A stretch of DNA of 64,000 nucleotides, from positions 480,001-544,000 of the forward strand of contig JAXGYC010000008.1 of NCBI GenBank assembly GCA_040772485.1, given 5' to 3'. The notes under the pieces are model-generated. The model saw only the letters and a list, made by a program, of their open reading frames with translations, was not told the DNA's origin and did no database searches. A program made the translations under genes and the position numbers. Position 1 is the first letter of the stretch; each line of letters begins with the position of its first letter. The DNA comes from Sedimentisphaerales bacterium (GTDB lineage Bacteria; Planctomycetota; Phycisphaerae; Sedimentisphaerales; Anaerobacaceae). Of the stretch, positions 56,586-64,000 are shown piece by piece.

Positions 56586-56646
56586 GCCTAACTATGTTCA
56601 TATTGATCCGTATAACACTCCAAACATGGCTTTGATTGCCGCATAA
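56586..56646 (-). mobile_element. attI-like primary integron site
   Basis: Minus strand TTATGCGG...TTATACGG imperfect direct repeats, then ATGAACATA-GTTAGGC core immediately 5' of the first cassette; AT-rich. Confidence 0.55.
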
Positions 56647-56670
56647 GACACCTGAGTCTCGTAGGGTGTG

Positions 56671-56696
56671 ATAAATCCGGGGATAAATCCGGGGAC
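56671..56696 (+). repeat. 12-bp tandem duplication
   Basis: ATAAATCCGGGG-ATAAATCCGGGG-AC. Confidence 0.7.
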
Positions 56697-57133
56697 GCCT
56701 TACTCATTTCGCTACCTAATCCAGGTTGTTTTGCACTGGTCGTGTCACTTCCATTTGGCATATTCGCGAACATAGCAGCACCTGAGCATCCGCATACAAT
56801 ATCAGTCACGTACGGTGTGCATTGCACACCATCTCTTCTCGTCGCGGGTTCGGGCGGCACAACTTCCTGGGAGTATTATGGCGGCAATGGATGGGGGAAC
56901 CAAGCGAAAACGCCGGGTGAAAAGCGGGCTTCCGCATGAAGGTCGTGGTTGTGCCGGGAGCGGGTTCGGTCTGGCGTTGCTCGGGTCTCGCATGAATCCC
57001 TCCGTGCGCGCTTTGACACAGGCGCGCCTGGATCCGCATGGGCTCTGAGCCCATCCTGCGATTCGTTCGGGCGAAGGCGGCTGGGGGCCGCCTTCGCCCG
57101 CTCGGTATATGTGTAACAACGCCGGTCGTTTCG

Positions 57134-57215
57134 CGTGGCGAGAGCGTCCCGCTCTGGCGTCGCACGGCCGTCTCGGCCGTGACATAGGGTACAAGGGCAG
57201 GATGCCCTCGCCATG
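57134..57215. repeat. Composite REP/BIME-like palindromes downstream of dnaK
   Basis: GTGGCGAGAGCGTCCCGCTCT, CACGGCCGTCTCGGCCGTG, AGGGCAGGATGCCCTCGCCAT. Confidence 0.6.
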
Positions 57216-57222
57216 ACCAATC

Positions 57223-59154
<1,932 letters not shown>

Positions 59155-59259
59155 CGCAAACGTCCTTTCCTTGGTACCGCATCGCGTTCGAAGCTATTGG
59201 GCAAGTGCGATCCGCCCTGCAAAGCGCGCATGAGAAACAATCAGTCGGACAATTGGAAA

Positions 59260-59275
59260 TGCAAAAAACGTGCCA
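59260..59275 (-). promoter_or_regulatory. sigma54 (-24/-12) promoter of dnaK
   Basis: Minus strand TGGCACG-TTTT-TTGCA, exact match to TGGCACG-N4-TTGCW. Confidence 0.8.
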
Positions 59276-59631
59276 GCAACTCCCACGACGCGCTGCAAAC
59301 CATCTAACCCGTTTGCGTGTATAGCCTTATGCACAGGACGCCGTACCCATCAACGGGCCGGATCGGCTCGGAAGACCCTCGAATTGTCACGTTCTGTGCC
59401 ATTTTGGCAGGGCGCCGGGCCGTATGCCTGCGCCGGCCCGCTCCGCCACGCGATCGAGGGTTTTTGGTTTGCCGGGCACTTGTGGGCCCCCTATAATACA
59501 TCGTCCAGCTAATCGCAGGGAGCTGTGACAGCATGGCCGTGGAAGGTCGCGTCATCCCCATGGGGATTCGGTCGGCCTTCGCACCCGGTCAGGACAGATC
59601 AGATAGATTCATGTTCATGGCGCAACGCCTC

Positions 59632-59714
59632 GGCCGAGTGGCGGAATGGCAGACGCTGGGGCCTTAAAAGCCCCTGCTCGCAAGGGCGTGTGGGTTCGAA
59701 TCCCACCTCGGCTA
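59632..59714 (+). tRNA. tRNA-Leu(TAA), CCA not encoded
   Basis: Acceptor GGCCGAG/CTCGGCT, D-arm GCGGAATGGCAGACGC, anticodon arm GGGGC-CTTAAAA-GCCCC, long variable arm, T-arm GTGGG-TTCGAAT-CCCAC. Confidence 0.93.
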
Positions 59715-59802
59715 TTCTGCGTCCGCGACGGACAGCCCCCGTCGCAACGGCCAGGCAGCGCCGGACAACGGACGTTTGTCCAGGAATTGGAGACGCTAAG
59801 TA

Positions 59803-61134
59803 ATGGCAAGAAAGAACCTTAAGCTCGTCGACACCGAAGCCCCCAACCTCTATCGCGAGATCTTCCCCTACAGCGAGTTCCCCAAAGTCATCTTCGACCG
59901 CGAGCGGATCGACTATGAGATTCCCGACAAGATCTGGATCACCGATACGACGTTTCGCGACGGCCAGCAGGCCAAGCCGCCATACAAGCCTGAGCAGATC
60001 CTCCGCATCTATGACCTTCTGCACGAGATCGACGGCGGGACCGGCCTGATCCGCCAGTGCGAGTTCTTCCTCTACTCCGAGCGGGACCGCAAGGCGGTCG
60101 AACTGTGCCAGGAACGGGGCTACCAATACCCCGAGATCACCGGGTGGATTCGCGCTGTAGCCGCCGACTTCAAGCTCGTTTCGCAGATGGGCCTCAAGGA
60201 GACCGGCATCCTGACCTCCGCCAGCGACTATCACATCTTCCTGAAGCTGCGAAAGACGCGGTCGCAGGCCCTGGCCGCCTACCTCGACATCGTCAAGGCG
60301 TCGCTCGACAGCGGCGTTCGCCCGCGCTGCCACTTCGAAGACATCACGCGGGCCGATTTCGACGGCTTCGTCCTGCCGTTCGCCAACGAACTGCTCAAGC
60401 TCGGCGATGCATACAATCAGCCGGTCAAGATCCGCCTGTGCGACACGCTGGGTTTCGGGCTTCCGTGGGCGGGGGTGGCTCTGCCTCGCAGCGTGCCGAA
60501 GCTGGTGCACGGCCTCCGCAAGATCGGCGTCCAGCCCGAGCAGCTCGAATGGCACGGACACAACGACTTTCACAAGGTGCTCGTCGATGCTTCGACCGCC
60601 TGGCTTTTTGGCTGCTGCGCCGCCAACGCGGCGATCTTCGGCTGCGGCGAACGCACGGGCAACCCGCCGCTCGAGGCCCTGGTCATCGAACACGCCCAGT
60701 TGAAGGGGATGACCGAGGGCGTCAACTACGCGGCAATCACCGAACTGGCCGAGTACGCGCACAAGGAGATGCACTTCGAGATCCCGCGCAACTATCCGCT
60801 GGTCGGACGCGACTTCAACGTGACGCGCGCCGGCATCCACGCCGACGGCCTGCTCAAGAACGAAGAGATCTACAACTGCTTCGACACCCAGAAGCTGCTC
60901 AATCGTTCCGTCGGCGTGGCCATCACCGACAAGACGGGGGCGGCCGGCATCAAGCACTGGGTCGAGGCCCACTACGACATCCAGATCGCCAAGCACGATC
61001 CGCGCATCGTCTGGATCAAGGATCAGATCGACGCCGAGTACGCCGCCGACCGCGTCTCGGTGATCTCCGACGACGAGATGTTCGCCTGGATCCGCGAGGC
61101 GTTCGGGCCGGACCTGCCGGCAATGAGGCAATGA
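59803..61134 (+). CDS. DRE-TIM metallolyase, Re-citrate synthase-like (LeuA/homocitrate synthase family)
   Basis: PNLYREIFPY, ITDTTFRDGQQ, EWHGHNDF, GERTGN, TRAGIHADG. Confidence 0.85.
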   Translation: MARKNLKLVDTEAPNLYREIFPYSEFPKVIFDRERIDYEIPDKIWITDTTFRDGQQAKPPYKPEQILRIYDLLHEIDGGTGLIRQCEFFLYSERDRKAVELCQERGYQYPEITGWIRAVAADFKLVSQMGLKETGILTSASDYHIFLKLRKTRSQALAAYLDIVKASLDSGVRPRCHFEDITRADFDGFVLPFANELLKLGDAYNQPVKIRLCDTLGFGLPWAGVALPRSVPKLVHGLRKIGVQPEQLEWHGHNDFHKVLVDASTAWLFGCCAANAAIFGCGERTGNPPLEALVIEHAQLKGMTEGVNYAAITELAEYAHKEMHFEIPRNYPLVGRDFNVTRAGIHADGLLKNEEIYNCFDTQKLLNRSVGVAITDKTGAAGIKHWVEAHYDIQIAKHDPRIVWIKDQIDAEYAADRVSVISDDEMFAWIREAFGPDLPAMRQ

Positions 61135-61163
61135 GAATCCAACGCTGCTTCGGACTTGGGCGC

Positions 61164-61916
61164 ATGGACCAGATCAAGGCCGTTCTGTTTGACCTCGGAG
61201 AGACCCTGCTGAGCTTCGGCAAGTTCAGCAAGACCAGGTTGATCCTGCAGGGGGCGCGGTCGTCGTACGACTACCTGAAGAACCAGGAGCAGCCCGTCGG
61301 GAGTTTCGCGGGGTATTTCCTGCGTTATCTTGTGCGGCTGCGCGTGCGCTACTTCCTGGCCGAATTCCGGGGCAAAGACTTCGATTCGCTGGCCCTGCTC
61401 CAGCGGATCGGACGCACGGAGGGCATCGATTTGCCCCGCGAGCAGTGGGAGGAGGTGATCTGGCGCTGGTACGAGCCGCTCAGCGTCCTGGCCGAGACGG
61501 AGCCCGACCTGCACGAAACCCTGGCCCATCTGAAAGGAGCGGGTCTGAAGCTGGGCATCGTCTCGAACACGTTCGTGAGCCGCGTCTCGCTCGACAGACA
61601 ACTGGAGAGTCTGCGTCTTCTCGATTTCTTTCCCATGCGATTGTACTCGTATGAACTGGCGATGCGCAAACCCGATCCGCGTCTGTTCCGCATCGCGTCC
61701 GAGCAGATCGGCGAAGCTCCGGCGCGCATTCTCTTCGTCGGGGACCGCATCGACATGGATGTCCGGCCCGCACTCGATTGCGGCATGGCCGCCGCGCTGA
61801 AGGACGCGCACACCAACCGGGGCAAACCGACCCCCGCCGGAGCGCACCGAATTCGCCATCTGGCGGAATTGCCCGCCCTGATCGAACGCACTAACAGTAA
61901 GCCCAAAGCGGGTTGA
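61164..61916 (+). CDS. HAD family hydrolase
   Basis: AVLFDLGETL, GIVSN, RKPDP, FVGD. Confidence 0.88.
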   Translation: MDQIKAVLFDLGETLLSFGKFSKTRLILQGARSSYDYLKNQEQPVGSFAGYFLRYLVRLRVRYFLAEFRGKDFDSLALLQRIGRTEGIDLPREQWEEVIWRWYEPLSVLAETEPDLHETLAHLKGAGLKLGIVSNTFVSRVSLDRQLESLRLLDFFPMRLYSYELAMRKPDPRLFRIASEQIGEAPARILFVGDRIDMDVRPALDCGMAAALKDAHTNRGKPTPAGAHRIRHLAELPALIERTNSKPKAG

Positions 61917-61992
61917 CACCTGTTGGGTTACCCCATACTATCGCGGCTCGACCACCAATTCGACAGACGCCTTATCTTCGAGGAGAACAAGG

Positions 61993-62328
61993 ATGGCTAC
62001 AGGCAAGACGATTGAAGTGACCGATGCCGATTTCGCCAGTGAGGTCCTGGATTCCGACGTCCCCGTGATCGTGGATTTCTGGGCGCCGTGGTGTGGCCCG
62101 TGCCGGATGGCGGCCCCCGTGCTGGAGAAGATCGCCGAAGAATACGACGGACAACTGAAGGTCTGCAAGGTCAACATCGACGACCAGCGCGAAGTGGCGA
62201 CCCAGTTCGGCATCATGAGCATCCCCACGATGTTCGTGTTCGACAGCGGCCAGCTCGTCGACCAGATCACCGGGGTGACTCCGAGTTTCGAAACCGACCT
62301 CAAGCGAAAGATCGAGCCGTACCTGTAG
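61993..62328 (+). CDS. trxA: Thioredoxin
   Basis: VDFWAPWCGPC, IMSIPT. Confidence 0.96.
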   Translation: MATGKTIEVTDADFASEVLDSDVPVIVDFWAPWCGPCRMAAPVLEKIAEEYDGQLKVCKVNIDDQREVATQFGIMSIPTMFVFDSGQLVDQITGVTPSFETDLKRKIEPYL

Positions 62329-62419
62329 AAGAGGCAGAGAGCAAAGCGAAAAGACTAAGGAGGTCATCCGCCTTCGGCGGATTCCGCCATTTTGACTCTT
62401 ACATTTTGACCTTTGATTT
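62329..62419. repeat. Degenerate inverted heptamer element with central hairpin
   Basis: Purine-rich left arm, ATCCGCC-TTC-GGCGGAT centre, right arm ATTTTGA-CTCTTAC-ATTTTGA-CCTTTGA. Confidence 0.65.
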
Positions 62420-62431
62420 GTGGCGCATGTT

Positions 62432-63430
62432 ATGGCTGAGACGACTCATGACGTAATCATCATCGGCGCCGGGCCGGCGGGCCTTGGCGCCGGCCTGTAC
62501 ACCGCCCGGGACCGGCTGGACACGCTGATTCTTGAGAAGTTCATGCCGGGCGGCCAGATCAACAACACCGACCGCATCGAGAACTATCCCGGCATCGAGA
62601 AGATCGATGGGCCGGGTCTGATCGAGAGCATGCAGAAACAGGTCGAGAGCTTCGGCGCCCGGATCGAGAACGGCGCCGACGTCGAGCGCCTGGAGAAGCT
62701 CCAGAACGGACATATCGCCGTTCACGCGGGTAAGAACACCTACGTCGCGCGCGCGGTGATTCTCTCGCCGGGAAGCAGCTACCGCAAGCTGGGCGTGCCC
62801 GGCGAGGAGGAGTTCCGCAACGCCGGAGCGGGCGTCAGCTACTGCGGCACCTGCGATGCGCCGTTCTTCCGCGACCGGGAAGTCGTCTCGGTCGGCGGGG
62901 GCAACACCGCACTCGAGGAAACGCTGCACCTGACCAAATATGCGAACAAGGTGACGTTGATTCACCGGCGCAACGAATTCCGCGCCGAGAAGATCCTCGT
63001 CGAAGAGCTGCTCGCGAAGGCCAACGAGCCGAATTCGAATCTCGTGATCAAGTACGACACGGTCGCCACAGCCATCGGAGGGCAGGGCAAGGTCCAGTCG
63101 GTCAAGCTCAAGAACGTCAAAACGAACGCAGAAGAATCGTATGCCTGCGACGGCGTCTTCATCTTCGTCGGCATGATCCCCAATACGGACTTCCTCAAGG
63201 GCTTCGTGGAGCTGACGGACGCCGGCTTCATCCGATGCGACTGCGCGTACCTGCGGACGAGCGTTCCCGGCGTCTTTGCGGCGGGGGACTGCCGGATCGG
63301 CGCGGCGATGCAGCTCGTCACCGCGGTCGCCGACGGCGTCAACGCCGCGATGCAATTGAAGCAGTACTTCCGCGATCCCGGCTGGTGGAATACGCCCGTC
63401 AGCGACATGCTCAGCCCCGGCGGCTGGTGA
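62432..63430 (+). CDS. trxB: Thioredoxin-disulfide reductase
   Basis: IIGAGPAG, IENYPG, GVSYCGTCD (CxxC), VGGGN, GVFAAGD. Confidence 0.95.
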   Translation: MAETTHDVIIIGAGPAGLGAGLYTARDRLDTLILEKFMPGGQINNTDRIENYPGIEKIDGPGLIESMQKQVESFGARIENGADVERLEKLQNGHIAVHAGKNTYVARAVILSPGSSYRKLGVPGEEEFRNAGAGVSYCGTCDAPFFRDREVVSVGGGNTALEETLHLTKYANKVTLIHRRNEFRAEKILVEELLAKANEPNSNLVIKYDTVATAIGGQGKVQSVKLKNVKTNAEESYACDGVFIFVGMIPNTDFLKGFVELTDAGFIRCDCAYLRTSVPGVFAAGDCRIGAAMQLVTAVADGVNAAMQLKQYFRDPGWWNTPVSDMLSPGGW

Positions 63431-63472
63431 GAGAACACCGAGCCATACGACCCATGGGACCCATGGGACCTC

Positions 63473-64000
63473 TCACCAGAAGATGACGTAGAAGACCGCG
63501 ACCGCCGCCAGCACGATGAAGGCCGCGATCTTCACCTCGGGCGCCGTCCGCGTGTCCAGGTCCTCGCGGACAGGCAGCACCCTTGGCTTGTCCAGCGGCT
63601 TGAGTAGTGTGATCAATCCCATGATCGCCACCACGATCGCGAAGGTCAGAGCGACCTGGATCAGGAAGTGCAGTCCGCCGGCAAACTTCTGGAAGAGCCA
63701 GTAGACGATCGGGCCACAGATCAGGGCCGCCACGCCTGCGGCGCCGGGGGCCTTCGGAACTACCATTCCGAAGAGAAAGGCCGCCACCACGCCGGGCCAG
63801 ATGTAGCCCTGGTTGTTCTGGATGAACTGGAACACGCCGCCGAATCTCGGATCGGCCAGAACCGGCGCCAGCAGACAGCCGGCGACCAGGAAGACGGCCG
63901 TCGCCACGCGACCCAGGATGAGCAGCCGTCTCTGAGAGGCCTTCGGATCGAGCATCCTCCGGTAGACGTCCATCGTGAAGATCGTCGAGGCCGAGTTCAA
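63473..64000 (-). CDS. Sodium:solute symporter family protein (3' part)
   Basis: LNSASTIFTMDVY, LGRVAT, FQFIQ motifs of SLC5/SSS transporters; truncated by window end. Confidence 0.85.
   Translation of the reverse strand: MNSASTIFTMDVYRRMLDPKASQRRLLILGRVATAVFLVAGCLLAPVLADPRFGGVFQFIQNNQGYIWPGVVAAFLFGMVVPKAPGAAGVAALICGPIVYWLFQKFAGGLHFLIQVALTFAIVVAIMGLITLLKPLDKPRVLPVREDLDTRTAPEVKIAAFIVLAAVAVFYVIFW

Noticed and set aside
59632..59800. tRNA-Leu as an island integration site
   Set aside because: No integrase or duplicated tRNA 3' end seen; the downstream gene is metabolic core.
60057..61130. 619-aa ORF implying a long N-terminal extension of the HAD hydrolase
   Set aside because: The extension is an alternative frame of the metallolyase gene; HAD motifs begin only after 61164.

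Overview
GC-rich bacterial chromosomal segment. The gene repertoire (Tat-exported Gfo/Idh/MocA enzyme, ECF sigma with LolA-like partner, TIGR03790, Re-citrate-synthase-like enzyme) suggests an anaerobic Planctomycetota (Phycisphaerae/Sedimentisphaerales-like) organism; this is inference. Left part: purF (partial), oxidoreductase, rdgB, a frameshift-riddled DNA methyltransferase, exported enzymes, an ECF sigma/anti-sigma pair, and a ~21 kb minus-strand surface-glycan locus (epimerase, Fkp, DUF2723, methyltransferase, flippase, polymerase/ligase, GT4s, wecB, DegT, phosphoglycosyl transferase, KamA-like radical SAM, TIGR03790). Right part: largely core genes (two parS sites plus parB without parA, cysK, topA, groES-like, rsmB-fmt-def, lptB, yidC-mnmE, dnaK with a sigma54 promoter, tRNA-Leu(TAA), trxA/trxB). 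Most notable non-obvious signals: (1) an integrase-less integron cassette array (attI-like site, attC-like sites, three cassettes) between mnmE and dnaK; (2) a family of inverted 7-/9-mer repeat hairpin elements, one inserted in frame inside the MnmE GTPase domain and another covering its start codon; (3) a compact multi-stem RNA candidate upstream of topA; (4) a secreted Gly/Gln-ladder beta-protein with a GGA-rich leader; (5) an exported nitroreductase/DJ-1 fusion whose two catalytic signatures are both degenerate. All calls were made by eye from the sequence and ORF track; no database searches were run.
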